Position numbers and translations under genes: made by a program. Positions 56,401 to 64,000 of a stretch of 64,000 nt of DNA are shown in pieces; position 1 is the first letter of the stretch, and the number at the start of each line of letters is the position of its first letter. Origin of the DNA: Giardia intestinalis (lineage: Eukaryota); the NCBI GenBank assembly GCA_000002435.2, contig CM018792.1. One strand, given 5' to 3'. Below the pieces are notes generated by a model. It did no database searches and was not told where the DNA came from. It was given only the letters and a program-made list of their open reading frames with translations.

Positions 56401-59080
56401 GATGATATGAGCCAGTGGAATTACCATCCAGAGGATCGCTGACATAGGTCTCAAGTCCGATGTTCTCAAACATCAAGATCTGAGAGTAGGGGTCTAAGAA
56501 GTACCGTCTCGTATTATTGTCTTGATGGTATATGCGCATGTAGCTTAGAGCGTCGTAATCGAGGCTCAATGGGGAGAAATGGACACTCGACACGTCTAGC
56601 TTGTGAATTAATGAGCCCCTGTATGTAAATAAGGGATTGTTGCCTGCCCTATTTGAGTAGCTAGTTTGCTGGGAATTAGGCCGTAGATGCGCCAGAATAT
56701 TATCTCTATGGCATTTCGCCAGTGTTTTCCCGCTTTGGGAAAGAACTCCATCGTACTTTAGATAGCAAGGATCTGTCTGTGCCACGACAGGCAGATTGTA
56801 GCCCATGTAGCTGTGCTCTTTATAGATAGCCAAAGAGGGAACGTTATCTGCAAACAGCTTCTTACCTTCATAATTAGCAATGTAGGTAAATAGAGGCAAC
56901 AGTTGACGGCGGAGTTCAGCATCGGATAGGTCGGAATAGAGGAAGAGGGTGGCGCCGCTCAAAACAGCAGAGAACCAGTTTGAGGCCTGGAGGACACCCT
57001 TCCGGGTGTTTCTGGCCATTGCCAATGAATCGATATACGAGAGCTCATCACAGGAGATCTTCAGCAAGCGCTTCATGAAGAACGACATGTCATATTCCAG
57101 TGGATAATCCACATCAAAATCAGTAAGTATTGAGCAGGAAGTGACCAGCACGGGGAAAAAGTGAAGCCTGGATGCCTTAAGGGATTTAAAACTGTGCGCC
57201 GAAACTTGCATGATGTCATAGAAATTACTGTCTGAATAAGAAAATACATAGACATTTTGATACTGCATAGATGTGAAAGCACGTGCCTCGTCAGAAATGT
57301 CGCATTCAGAATCGCACGCATAATAGTTGTTATAGACCCCCAAAACAAGCTCTTTAAGCAAGTCAGTCATATGAGTTATCATTTCAGCATGAATTGCTCT
57401 CTGACTGAAAAGATTCTTTGAAGGTCTGGCATACCGCCCAAACGCAGAGTCCCAAGACGAAAACGGATCTTGTGTGTCGTGTAGAAAAGTGTCTAGAATG
57501 AACTTTTTGTACTCCTCCTTGTTGTTTAAGACGGCTGTTTTGCTGTTATAATACGGGTTCTTGGCTACCGAAAACGTACGGTAATTCAAATCCTGATTCG
57601 AATAGTAGCGATAAATCTGGTAGTAGCTGTTAAGTGATCCTCTGTATGGATACTCGGTGTCGTTTGTAGAGTACCCACCGAAGAAAGGAGCACCTGGATA
57701 CTGAGTTCTTAAGCGTGCGTCGCCTTGCAGCCTGGTGAAGGAAGGTATTTCATACTTTTGTGTCCAAGGATTGTAGATATAAATCCAGATCCGGTCCATG
57801 ATGGTGCACATAGATGTAATGATCGCAAGTTGGTGCCTAACAATGTTGTTGACATAGTATTGGAGCTCCCTAGCAGATTGAGTGCGTAGCTTTGAAGGGT
57901 GGACTATGAATACTATATCTCTCTTTATATACCGACTGGTCAGAGCTGTACTACTTGACGCAATGATATCATCTATAGCAAGTTGCTTTACGGAATTTGT
58001 GAGAGGCTGTGAGACATCGAGAGGAACCAGGAGGCCCGACTCTAACTTGAGAGCATGTGCGCTGTTGGAGTCGTGAAAGTATGTCACTCTGCGTCTTCCA
58101 CATAGGTGCTTGTAGCTAAGGGCAATAGCAATCAGATCACGTAATCTATAAGATATAGAGAAGGGCGTGTTATCCATGACTACGATGGAGCTGATGAATG
58201 TCTTGCAATCTGAAATGTCAGCGTCAATCAGCTTAGCTTGCAAGAGGTAGGTGCAGGCCAGTTCTATAAGTACGTCCTTTAAGTCATATGGTACACCATG
58301 GTCCATAGTCAGATCATTATAGATCTTTAGAAACTCAGGTCTATATATGTCCCCGCTAGCAAGTGAATCGATTTTGAGTGAAGAAAAGAGAGGCTTTACA
58401 TGGTCTGTGTAAAGCTTAGCAAGGAGGATGCTGTTGTGTCCAGTACCTTTATCCTCAACCGATTTCAGCATCAAGAAGAGACATTTCTTGTTATCAAACT
58501 CCAGTAGGTCACATAGCTCTGGTAGAGCGGTTGGGTCATCGATGCTTTCTGGCACCACGTTGTATGCGTTGGCTAAAACACTGTCACAAGTAGTGCGGGA
58601 TATCTTATATGCACTGGATATGCTATCGTAGCTCATATTACTGACCGCAGTGAAAACGTCTGAAACTAGGTTAACATACTGTAGGCTTTCAAGCTGATAG
58701 TCCGACTTGTTGGGATCAAGTTTATCGAGGAACTTTCGGAGCGTATCAAGCAAATCACACTGTCCGCTAGATTTAAACTTTGGTGGTATTTGACTGGATG
58801 AAGGGCTTAAAGCATCGATTGCTCTGAAAACTGCAATGGCCTTAGAAAAGGGGGTTGTTTTTGGAAGAAACAGGTACCCCACTTGATGATAGATAGGGAA
58901 AAGGGAAATGGGCGGATCGTAGACAAAATCTTGATTGGTCAAGGACGCAATTGTATCCACGTAGGGAAAAGCATCCCATGCATCGTACAAGAAGTTGTCT
59001 AGCTTTTGGGACCACGCCCAATAGTCTGAGATGTTAATCTGTGCGGCGTACAATAAAATAGCAAGACAGAAAAGCCACAT
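47447..59080 (-). CDS. Giant hypothetical protein (3877 aa): signal peptide, ~1700-aa luminal/extracellular region, one TM helix, ~2100-aa cytoplasmic region containing a 14 x 14-aa tandem repeat
   Basis: 11.6-kb uninterrupted ORF from a true ATG in ctatttataaATG context. N-terminal MWLFCLAILLYAAQINIS. Mid-protein TFLIVVISVFTLVGAVVLKIYCTVMSKRD stop-transfer. GIDAPQSLGILP[P/L]Q x14 near residues ~3130-3330. Confidence 0.7.
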   Translation of the reverse strand: MWLFCLAILLYAAQINISDYWAWSQKLDNFLYDAWDAFPYVDTIASLTNQDFVYDPPISLFPIYHQVGYLFLPKTTPFSKAIAVFRAIDALSPSSSQIPPKFKSSGQCDLLDTLRKFLDKLDPNKSDYQLESLQYVNLVSDVFTAVSNMSYDSISSAYKISRTTCDSVLANAYNVVPESIDDPTALPELCDLLEFDNKKCLFLMLKSVEDKGTGHNSILLAKLYTDHVKPLFSSLKIDSLASGDIYRPEFLKIYNDLTMDHGVPYDLKDVLIELACTYLLQAKLIDADISDCKTFISSIVVMDNTPFSISYRLRDLIAIALSYKHLCGRRRVTYFHDSNSAHALKLESGLLVPLDVSQPLTNSVKQLAIDDIIASSSTALTSRYIKRDIVFIVHPSKLRTQSARELQYYVNNIVRHQLAIITSMCTIMDRIWIYIYNPWTQKYEIPSFTRLQGDARLRTQYPGAPFFGGYSTNDTEYPYRGSLNSYYQIYRYYSNQDLNYRTFSVAKNPYYNSKTAVLNNKEEYKKFILDTFLHDTQDPFSSWDSAFGRYARPSKNLFSQRAIHAEMITHMTDLLKELVLGVYNNYYACDSECDISDEARAFTSMQYQNVYVFSYSDSNFYDIMQVSAHSFKSLKASRLHFFPVLVTSCSILTDFDVDYPLEYDMSFFMKRLLKISCDELSYIDSLAMARNTRKGVLQASNWFSAVLSGATLFLYSDLSDAELRRQLLPLFTYIANYEGKKLFADNVPSLAIYKEHSYMGYNLPVVAQTDPCYLKYDGVLSQSGKTLAKCHRDNILAHLRPNSQQTSYSNRAGNNPLFTYRGSLIHKLDVSSVHFSPLSLDYDALSYMRIYHQDNNTRRYFLDPYSQILMFENIGLETYVSDPLDGNSTGSYHLYKHSFLTEVLGLRSIMTVNNELQYIPQSAYIYAGVVNKFIRRQVGIFGYIRVGIPDESNNSIGFDMRISEATFAYRRYRVPQGQACTLEEIKKMYTLSTSRLPLNYAQVSNPINKLLLSPPHSVLETDCIPFNGTKICFQSRAFDQYINVTKFGNRIALVYLEDIVKKASVTTKTALGTECVPTPVTLKTYFEDRTLFPDLKSEYRYPSNIFVPAYAIFLEEFVKLKDLFTSVLDTSDITALLTISKFRDVLEKTINSYLSGASTYDAILKILDNFTVASFYPDSSVNMDNNEMILNYTAVLNDPGSHLKMENLLRIYPDYSSPSSSPLPFRKGCYLAEDLLGNILSDANIMNQEFSTCFYANHTSAYVNLSSQVGYEAAKLYCLERPKYFLDPATEVVSWIAPASIGFTPASIPTPIENLGLYSPLLVSYILAILPEAFRTRRLDGVFHLFINQQPLPSAMTPNSFNLDDSPLEHRSLYEDDMEHHRRTSRTSFHDYDDVGSSDDFSQGSDVAQSIYASAKAPPGTIQRVYYTSIYENDLKNIYVDIQAINRDILRYAMHVDKHPLVSIMNALSLPMFMRVYPPFDESAEFITKSSPLDPTNSDSPSTYDYLLKVLGYQLNTITSSLTGKLHPNFMYNPLNLAESEDWDYGYQPLQNYVQGDPTDEYSYLLYFASFPIYTSSQSRIDNNTKALAAVYTIEYNISISTLDSIHNFGLLPSKILPSGTSAPTLVDLRVPVFYALLNNMGDFVLTRSTNATLSGMKSVLSSILDTLVDIEYFVLRKVPVSNERYTNVLEYNNQFWINIQYKTTKRLITTRRFNVIMVTDGVATQIFSSEAGIDSVAYEQSSISDRLIVLDLASTCIKRGIAIIRNLVTVDLMSIAVFNMEYYPVKACTRVPGANAYTDMTSKFSTSIYSHLNIEEDPAIWKPSITYMTGYPPGAHMRLLLQLFGQAMHTYISSAETFLIVVISVFTLVGAVVLKIYCTVMSKRDVSSLSTCRTNRNHSTSNKMCLTRPCAEAITPESELEVSCTSLTCQNTCESSPISRTKSSTFLSQKESQAKEKVIELPSEGSTTARADVGDITWSYADATYDSGILGRNSVTGLLNFLTRPLRQSSTFSASSLKRLSLGSTLSKRQLELSAHKSHKHNTPDINLVLSDSPLVTDSQPLLNPGIMTSIATVGTSISASSYLNNSDIGYATSKSVTVKGALHNWLSKILSNGVYLTFTSLFTIFQSNRPSQKNFADQDISPNEHELPGHSVSARKLRHWDKAFEFLKSALESKAVRLRENINLFNLYKITPSHKLSILFVLQQLYPSYLKKLRVESQSNSKLLSASIFSERNQESSSLALSVKQLTGFSSQVFEHASLFKVIFNQLASRNFASKLPDVKTGLSLLSTVQLLVDPATTNLQFSESSSETFSSTEQSVFSFSSSAMSFQSTIEAVRVFPKHRQYRGRLTKKCTGYINSIVQSTISLQSCANTKGLDIMDEASSDLDKHSYDLQSSSITNEYSIETDMYLPYYAHGYSIRNKAGANSLLKGPVKQHYEPISNLSLREAAEETDKDSSPIIIRGAIPQQLAFSRVCNASAESDILFIKKSMSESNLSQLESRFNPFISRSFQKAVLASCLDTECYQFVSTISKRVCIKDTILTGYLDNLNASVIEAFDNPFKYKKLLDYGYDYHGIVRYVDPLLNQISPEHINISSKPRILHTDLKATIIGASKLSASAMKSGMNSHTNLFHRTTGSLSPQFTLKTPSSFALYKHESHPNMDLRINPLIPSIVRWTSGVPYVPPYTIFAKENFSFTAAKLRAKYARKLMNYNTAFSTMLRKEGMEDVPPLFIPIKDRDIHRLINAIKLQTIPSVPIDLEDISEDNKLFEEITYRKLGILQKRSTNYRANAIAKYLFYRDCDFAAYYRFYSPRIQKTVSYLFWRYYLRTQMQLLNITPSSPCIVKKGREGQIEWAVLSDIFSSPKLGYLQGSSPRQFTNKRYTNALSTAPYKVEPSAVETQLSKMSLIAAAIKEIKSMSTGVLFAEDSVCLHHILVIRALYTKKIAECFYAPLSVVSLAGLALPQSAYTSLSSDVTIQFPVYALLERFYSSIIVPELSIWNLKEAGAETFSVCDSAAYGQFMIARKRAQARTSAMYALLDRNLFYRTQPEYAARMPFSDYSNAESSLENSIEAEASVIIPHIIKGLIEDSDDKNNDLNHGEQQYEYYLSNSSGYKIDMDDLFNYTSNTDGTELLPILPPQGIDAPQSLGILPPQGIDAPQSLGILPPQGIDAPQSLGILPLQGIDAPQSLGILPLQGIDAPQSLGILPPQGIDAPQSLGILPPQGIDAPQSLGILPLQGIDAPQSLGILPLQGIDAPQSLGILPLQGIDAPQSLGILPLQGIDAPQSLGILPLQGIDAPQSLGILPPQGIDAPQSLGILPPQGIDAPQTFDSPRGLMFQDKNLGMYPLTPNLDCLAITNSKLNNSITSSIVRDSTLVTPITEIDQISTDSLKVTNRFCAYDSKQVVYQRISMSLEADLSTNFLIEVIPGKDTLLSNRIDTGCIPPPEDIEIVIPDIRYKLRLKTNYDSYLNGSVLVSKIALHYQIPWLVPRRQKSKPRNAHLRISSSPPTLCFMSKRKDKASPIDNPRPVQTNPNHSDTAQSSTPSFYGTSSGANTITPISLDFPAQRVMDTMNSRQKQESVTSTNTLSTFSDGVQSGTVAAIRQSIPTCPGLQYMYNLSNPQPWDSTPSTATTITTLPKSFSSDPTEFDATPVMTLVLDLYSFRKSCLRLRSFFSDNLLIVDPDEQKTYILNADHRPPRVPIKVSDLICHNPIELAVHKIRLSLTALNFLYMKSMYLELGSVLFYRTLANMTIDDVLRNGLESMYKSLPWYNKKTNLQATKNNMTAYAPITLDCHKTGMPPWLPSPDLTTKQHIQLLYNFFIRQNNLAFAPLMHNFVIWNEWGLNYNDKGYIRVDFKGVHTNTIRDFMLQLIWLEPYY
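49096..49683 (-). repeat. 14 tandem copies of a 42-bp unit (14-aa GIDAPQSLGILP[P/L]Q) within the giant gene
   Basis: Perfect period-42 array. Units differ only at two A/G sites, one synonymous (Asp GAT/GAC) and one Pro/Leu (CCG/CTG). All four combinations occur across the array. Confidence 0.9.
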
Positions 59081-59180
59081 TTATAAATAGCCACACAACG
59101 AACCGGTTACTTATGAGGATACTTCGATGGAACTTCTTCAAAATCCACTACTGGACCGAATCGCCTCTCGCGTTCTGTGC

Positions 59181-59669
59181 CTAGGCAGAGCACTTTTTAT
59201 TTTTGCTTATGCCTTTGCGTATGATTGTGATTGTGAGGTATAGTAGACATAGAATGACAGCAGACAGTAGAGAGAGGACTGGAGAGGGAGCAATATGGTG
59301 CATGCCCTGCGCGCCATATCTCAGATGCACAGGAAGATCCAACTGAAACGCAGGCTCACAATCGCCACTAATGGGAGAGTGGTAATGGTACATAGGCTGT
59401 GTGCTTTGCACCAATGGACATTCTGCTGTAACGATGGTGATTAGGCCAATAGAATTGGGGTGACCTGAAGCATTAAGCGCCTGCTCTACTTTCCAGAGGG
59501 GCGACTCTAAGTCATCCACAAAAGTGCCGTCGACCATGCATTCCAATCTATGCCACTGACAAAGGCGTTTAATTTCATATCTATCGACAATCCAAGACAT
59601 GCTGAGGTATGCCACTGCACACTCTCCCGGCCTCCCCTCTAGCCTCACGGTTCTATGAAATGCGCACAT
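59181..59669 (-). CDS. Hypothetical protein with a single C-terminal TM segment (tail-anchored candidate), ~162 aa
   Basis: Track start 59708 is GTG and abuts the upstream gene's stop; the first ATG gives MCAFHRTV... C-terminal PVLSLLSAVILCLLYLTITII, then a basic tail. Confidence 0.3.
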   Translation of the reverse strand: MCAFHRTVRLEGRPGECAVAYLSMSWIVDRYEIKRLCQWHRLECMVDGTFVDDLESPLWKVEQALNASGHPNSIGLITIVTAECPLVQSTQPMYHYHSPISGDCEPAFQLDLPVHLRYGAQGMHHIAPSPVLSLLSAVILCLLYLTITIIRKGISKNKKCSA

Positions 59670-59707
59670 GGGATTTTGTAATATCAGTAGTAGTTCACTT
59701 GTAAACA

Positions 59708-62700
59708 CTACAGCTGATCTGCTCTGATATAAGGCGCCACCTCTCGCGTCAGACGCTCTTTGATGGTCGTAGAGATCGTTGTGGAGGCAACAATCCGATC
59801 TATTACATTGTACCCTTCAAAATCTACTAACTGTGCCTCACTGGGAGCCAGTAAACGTGCTGCCTCAACGGCTCCAGCATCTACAGCATGCGCAAGCGCT
59901 GTGCGCCCCTGCGCGTCTTGTAAGCCACTCTGAACAGGTAGGAATGACCATAAAGCCACAACATCATTCTGCCTCGCTGCTTGCATCAGTTCAGTGACTC
60001 GCCCTCCTGCACAGGATAGCCCCTTTATGCTTAGTCCCTCTGTTGTGCGCAGCAACTCAGCTAACTCCCAATTTTGCATTTTCAATGCCAGGGACAATGC
60101 AGTAGCATTGTCATAGCGGCGCATTGTGGCTTCTGTGGGCACTAGAAGAGGGACAGCCTCAGAGAGTCCATACTGCGCAGCAAGCATCAATCCTGTGGTT
60201 CCATCTGCGCACGATAAACCAGCATACTTCAAATTAGCTTTCACTGCATCTATATCCTTATGCATGATCGCCATCATTAGAGGTGTAAAATCTGATTGGA
60301 CGATATTGTCGGGCCCCCGCAAAGCTGTGTGCGGGCCTCGTGCATCTAAAGGCGATATTTCACGGGATCTTATCTTGGTGATATTGTCCGAAATAGCGTC
60401 AGCTACGCCAGTCACCGTATCTAACGATCGCTGGATATTAGCAGCTCTGTGCATTGCTACCTTAATGTCTGTGTCTTCTTCCGTCAATACAGAATACGGA
60501 GAATGGCCACTTTTGTTGTCTTCTAAACTCTGGCTGAAATGGTCTCTGCTATTAACGAAAGTAAGCTTTTGTCTAAGGCGTTGGTTCTCTTCTTCTAATG
60601 ATAGCAAATACTTAATTATCATGAGGTCTTCCTTTCTTCCTGAGTTAAGGTTCCTCTCTAAAAGCGAGAATATTGGTTTAGTTTGCTCCAGATCTCCATT
60701 AGAGCCAATCCTCTTAAGAACCTTAAGAAGAGCATCTTTCTCTTGTACCTTTTCACGCATATGTGCGAGTTCTGCCAGAGCAGCTGGGGAAAGTTGAGGA
60801 TTTTGCGATGGAGACTTTACAAGTGAGTCTTTTGAACCCATGGATTCTGCACTTAAGAAATCCGTCTGAGATCCCAAAGTATCTCTTTGGAGTGTATTCA
60901 AGGACTGATTCCCTGTGCCAAGTAATGCATCAACTTTCATACGCAGCCTGGTGATTTCAGCCTGGTTATTGGCCTGAGCTTCACTCAGAGAGCCGTTAAC
61001 CTTACGCATTACATCCAGCTCAGCTTGAAGAGCGGCAAATTGTTCTGATCCATCAGGAATAGATGAGGATGGAGAGTGGGTCTTTGTAAATAAATTGTTA
61101 GGTAAACGGAGCCGGTTGCCAAAGTCCGACGTCATTGTGTCGATAGGCGTAAACGGTTTGTATTCTCGACTACTAGGGACGGTTTTTTCTACGTCTTCCA
61201 GGAGACAGGGCGCCGGATCTGCAAACTCGGAGCGAGTGATACTTTTATCTGACTGACCCGTAAGTGCGTGTATACGGTCTTGGTAAAAGGCAATTTCAAG
61301 GGCGTGACTCTGCATAGCAGCAGCTAACTCATTACTCATTCTGTCAATGAGATTACTTTTATCATTAAGAAGGTCATTAAGCTGGGAGTTGGCGTTCATC
61401 AGACACTGGAGCTGTTGCTGCAAGTCGTAGAGAAGAGCGCTGTTAGTGCTGCTGCCCGGTGAACCCAAGGTACTGCCTAGCGTGCCTCCTTTTTCGTACT
61501 CAGCAAGCTTACGCTTAAGTGTCTCGATTATCTCTGCAAGCTCTGCCTTGCTCGATGCAAGAGCGTTATATCCTTTGTGCATGATACTCAGCTCTCGCTC
61601 GAGCTTTTCAGTTCTCTCTGCAAGCTTTGTTGAACTCTCATCAGCTTGTCGTTGCTCGGTGTGCTGCTGTTGCTGCTGGGAGTTGACCTGCTCGCTCATC
61701 GCTGCCAAGGCCTCTTTGGCGAGTGCTGCTGCGTCAACGGCCATCTTCTTTTTGGTATTTGCATCTGTGAGATCCACTTGAAGCTCAGCAATCCGGAGAT
61801 CCTTCTGCTGGAGCTGCTCCCTTAGTTCTTGAAGAGTAGCATTTAGAAGAATAATCTCTGCGCTTTCCTTACCGTGGTCCACATCTCCTTCGTTCTGCAA
61901 GGCAGCCGGAGTTGCACTAATTGCCCTGGGTACGGGTGAGGATATCGTTTGTCGTGATATGTCCTCCTGTGGCATAGAGATGATGGAATCTTGCTCTTTA
62001 GTTGTCACGGAAACAGTAACAGAAACACTAGTGGTGTCAGTCGGACCAGAAGATGATGAGAGAGAACCTTCAATTGAGGCAGTGCTCTTGCTTGACACGG
62101 CGTCAGACGAACTACTGCCTTTAGTATCGGTTGGTTGGTTGCTTAATGAGTTAGAAGATGAGGAAGATACCGACGCTTGGGTCAGGTTGTCTGCCTGAGT
62201 TGTGGGATTTGCCGATGGTGACAATACAGACGAGCTGTGAATTGCAGATCTACTGATGGATGGAGACTTCTCAGAAGAGTTCCCCAAGTCAGAGGACGTG
62301 CTTATGTCAGACGAGTTGGCGGCTGAATTAACAGATGATGATCTCGAAGTCGAAGAGCTATTGTCCACTATTTGATATGAAACGTTTTGTGGCGTCCCTG
62401 GTGTGCTTATTCTGCTAACAGATGTGTAGGAAACATCTGGAATCAAATACTCAGAAATGATACCGATCACTTCTGTGTCTGTTGTGGCAGTCAGCGCGTC
62501 TCTAACATGAGACTGTGGCATTTTGCCAGATTCTAATAAAATGCGGATTGTCGTGATATGCAGGTTTGAGGCAGCATAAAACAGTGCTCCGCGCGAGTAT
62601 TTGTCTGTGCGGACGGGGACGTGATTAACTAGAAAGGAGACCATGTCAGAGCACCCCGCCTCAGAGCCAAGCATTAGAGCATCACGGCCCTCTGGCGTAA

Positions 62701-63013
62701 CACAGTCCTTCTCATCACTAATGAGAAGGTCTGCTATCTCTAGCTGTTCGGCCAATGTAGCAAACATGAGAGCTGAAAGCCCATCATTATTTTGAAGTCT
62801 TGCTTCATGGTTGTGTAGAAGCTTAGCAATGGTGAAGTAACCTTTGTGGGCCGCTATCATCAAGGCGGTGTCTCCTGACTGAGTCCTGCTCCCCTTGAAC
62901 TTACTGACGGACGCCTTGACCACGTCTACGCTGTTACTATCCACAGCATCAAACCACTCTGCAGCACTCTGCAGCTTTCTAATTTGAGACTCTCCAAGGT
63001 CCGTACTCGTCAT
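59708..63013 (-). CDS. Ankyrin-repeat + coiled-coil protein (Protein 21.1 / coiled-coil family), 1101 aa
   Basis: Ankyrin repeats at both ends (..GDTALMIAAHKGYFTIAKLL.., ..GTTGLMLAAQYGLSEAVPLL..), Ser-rich linker, long heptad coiled-coil core. True ATG with aaaattagaATG context. Confidence 0.7.
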   Translation of the reverse strand: MTSTDLGESQIRKLQSAAEWFDAVDSNSVDVVKASVSKFKGSRTQSGDTALMIAAHKGYFTIAKLLHNHEARLQNNDGLSALMFATLAEQLEIADLLISDEKDCVTPEGRDALMLGSEAGCSDMVSFLVNHVPVRTDKYSRGALFYAASNLHITTIRILLESGKMPQSHVRDALTATTDTEVIGIISEYLIPDVSYTSVSRISTPGTPQNVSYQIVDNSSSTSRSSSVNSAANSSDISTSSDLGNSSEKSPSISRSAIHSSSVLSPSANPTTQADNLTQASVSSSSSNSLSNQPTDTKGSSSSDAVSSKSTASIEGSLSSSSGPTDTTSVSVTVSVTTKEQDSIISMPQEDISRQTISSPVPRAISATPAALQNEGDVDHGKESAEIILLNATLQELREQLQQKDLRIAELQVDLTDANTKKKMAVDAAALAKEALAAMSEQVNSQQQQQHTEQRQADESSTKLAERTEKLERELSIMHKGYNALASSKAELAEIIETLKRKLAEYEKGGTLGSTLGSPGSSTNSALLYDLQQQLQCLMNANSQLNDLLNDKSNLIDRMSNELAAAMQSHALEIAFYQDRIHALTGQSDKSITRSEFADPAPCLLEDVEKTVPSSREYKPFTPIDTMTSDFGNRLRLPNNLFTKTHSPSSSIPDGSEQFAALQAELDVMRKVNGSLSEAQANNQAEITRLRMKVDALLGTGNQSLNTLQRDTLGSQTDFLSAESMGSKDSLVKSPSQNPQLSPAALAELAHMREKVQEKDALLKVLKRIGSNGDLEQTKPIFSLLERNLNSGRKEDLMIIKYLLSLEEENQRLRQKLTFVNSRDHFSQSLEDNKSGHSPYSVLTEEDTDIKVAMHRAANIQRSLDTVTGVADAISDNITKIRSREISPLDARGPHTALRGPDNIVQSDFTPLMMAIMHKDIDAVKANLKYAGLSCADGTTGLMLAAQYGLSEAVPLLVPTEATMRRYDNATALSLALKMQNWELAELLRTTEGLSIKGLSCAGGRVTELMQAARQNDVVALWSFLPVQSGLQDAQGRTALAHAVDAGAVEAARLLAPSEAQLVDFEGYNVIDRIVASTTISTTIKERLTREVAPYIRADQL

Positions 63014-63207
63014 TCTAATTTTTGGGTTTTGAATTCGGTTGAATAAATCATCAGAGAAGCGGAACTGGATTGCATAGACATGTGTTGCTGTCCGTACTGC
63101 ATTACTAGATATAGCTTTTACACGAATAATGAGTATTTCTTGTTATACTTAGCAACAGCTGCACCGAAAACCGAATACGTAGTGAATACTAATGCAATTG
63201 AGCATGT

Positions 63208-63999
63208 CTATGTAGATAACAGGGGATTTAAACTTCTCACAGTAATAGTCAGAGACGGCTTGTCTGGACTCTTGGTCTTTCGGAATCTTGGACCGGCTCG
63301 TGACAGTGTTAGATAACTAGTCCTGGTACTGGGGAGCTCTAGCAAGGAAGACGCTGACTTTATAGGCGAGTGTACACTAGTCTGATTACTTGGTACCGCC
63401 ACCTGACTAGAAAGAAGCTGCAAGCAACCCCGCCGTGCACCAGTGGAAGCAGAGCTAGAGATGTTGTTTGAGGTCTGTTTGAAGCACTTACTAATGGAGA
63501 TAGAAAGTGGAGCCCTATACGCAGATTTGGATAGAGTTGAGTTGCACATACTGTCACTGAGTATACTCTCAGACCTGCTAAGTGCGACTCCAGCTAATTG
63601 ATGGGTCAACGAATGAATAACATCTGTGTTAATATTATAGCTACTGAAACTGGAATTACTGGGTGAACTGTACTGGGCAGAGATGTCTCGCTGAACAGGG
63701 TCGCTACTTTCTGAAATTGTAATGCCTTGCTGTGCCATTATATATCTACCTCTTCTACGCGGACTACAGCTGTAACGACTTGGAGAGCGACGAATATAAT
63801 CATCGCATACCTCCGAAAATGCCTCCTGTGACGGTGCAAAGATGGGATCCTTTGTGGCCTTGTATGGCTTATCTTCACGCTGCCTGATGCAGTGACGGCG
63901 AGAACGAATGTAGTTATGCCTTTCGACCGCCTCATCAAAGGCAGAGTCGACATCTTCTAACACAAGATTGGAGCTCTCGTAGGATAACTCCAAGTTCTT
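63208..63999 (-). CDS. Hypothetical Ser-rich protein, 5' end outside the window
   Basis: ORF open to the window edge; track start at 63993 is TTG, so the true start is probably beyond 63999. Confidence 0.35.
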   Translation of the reverse strand, partial: KNLELSYESSNLVLEDVDSAFDEAVERHNYIRSRRHCIRQREDKPYKATKDPIFAPSQEAFSEVCDDYIRRSPSRYSCSPRRRGRYIMAQQGITISESSDPVQRDISAQYSSPSNSSFSSYNINTDVIHSLTHQLAGVALSRSESILSDSMCNSTLSKSAYRAPLSISISKCFKQTSNNISSSASTGARRGCLQLLSSQVAVPSNQTSVHSPIKSASSLLELPSTRTSYLTLSRAGPRFRKTKSPDKPSLTITVRSLNPLLST

Positions 64000-64000
64000 A

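Noticed and set aside
1-64000. ORF-track start coordinates taken at face value
   Set aside because: I checked many track starts directly against the sequence and found GTG or TTG (26668, 2681, 4171, 1392, 39941, 44220, 46251, 59708, 63993, 36072, 34518). A eukaryote will not use these, so I moved starts to the first plausible ATG and lowered confidence where that was ambiguous.
1-64000. Prokaryotic interpretations (operons, RBS, CRISPR, phage or defence islands)
   Set aside because: Gene content (COPA, eIF5, PP1, eL18, ESCRT-III, VSP), A/T-rich initiators abutting ATGs, AGTAAAC polyA motifs and absence of any direct-repeat/spacer array all indicate a eukaryotic (Giardia-like) chromosome.

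Overview
This window reads as a gene-dense, apparently intronless eukaryotic chromosome segment, most consistent with Giardia intestinalis (lamblia); no bacterial or phage features are present. Three things in the sequence support that call. First, a cysteine-rich surface protein ends in the VSP-specific tail ...CRGKA and is followed by the extended VSP polyadenylation motif ACTTAGGTAGTAAAC. Second, nearly every credible ATG sits directly after a short A/T-rich initiator (e.g. gttaaaaaATG, ttttaaaaATG, aaaaaaatcATG), with intergenic spacers of tens of base pairs and AGTAAAC motifs just after stops. Third, there are several ankyrin-repeat genes of the 'Protein 21.1' type. Genes I recognise with confidence are an actin-related protein, eIF5, ribosomal protein eL18, coatomer alpha (COPA), the PP1 catalytic subunit, a cathepsin L-like and a cathepsin C-like papain-family protease (each with a C-terminal transmembrane anchor), an Snf7-family ESCRT-III subunit, a minimal CS+SGS (Sgt1/CacyBP-like) protein, and a protein carrying an ING-type PHD finger. 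A MIF-superfamily homolog is recognised with moderate confidence. The rest are lineage-specific hypothetical proteins. These include a 1999-aa orphan and a 3877-aa predicted type-I membrane protein with a 14 x 14-aa tandem repeat. The most striking structure is a variant-specific surface protein (VSP) gene carrying 13 nucleotide-identical 222-bp (74-aa, 10-Cys) tandem repeats. It lies next to a GC-rich island that also holds the cathepsin L-like gene, a DEAD-box helicase C-terminal fragment and fragmented EGF+TM remnants, i.e. a VSP-associated, pseudogene-rich locus. The supplied ORF track treats GTG and TTG as start codons, which a eukaryote would not use, so I moved several starts to the first real ATG; those adjustments are noted per feature. 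I have no clear candidate for an entirely new biological system. The most unusual items are the membrane-anchored C1 proteases, the perfectly homogenised VSP repeat array, the giant repeat-bearing membrane protein and the tandem small acidic ESSD-tailed paralogs.
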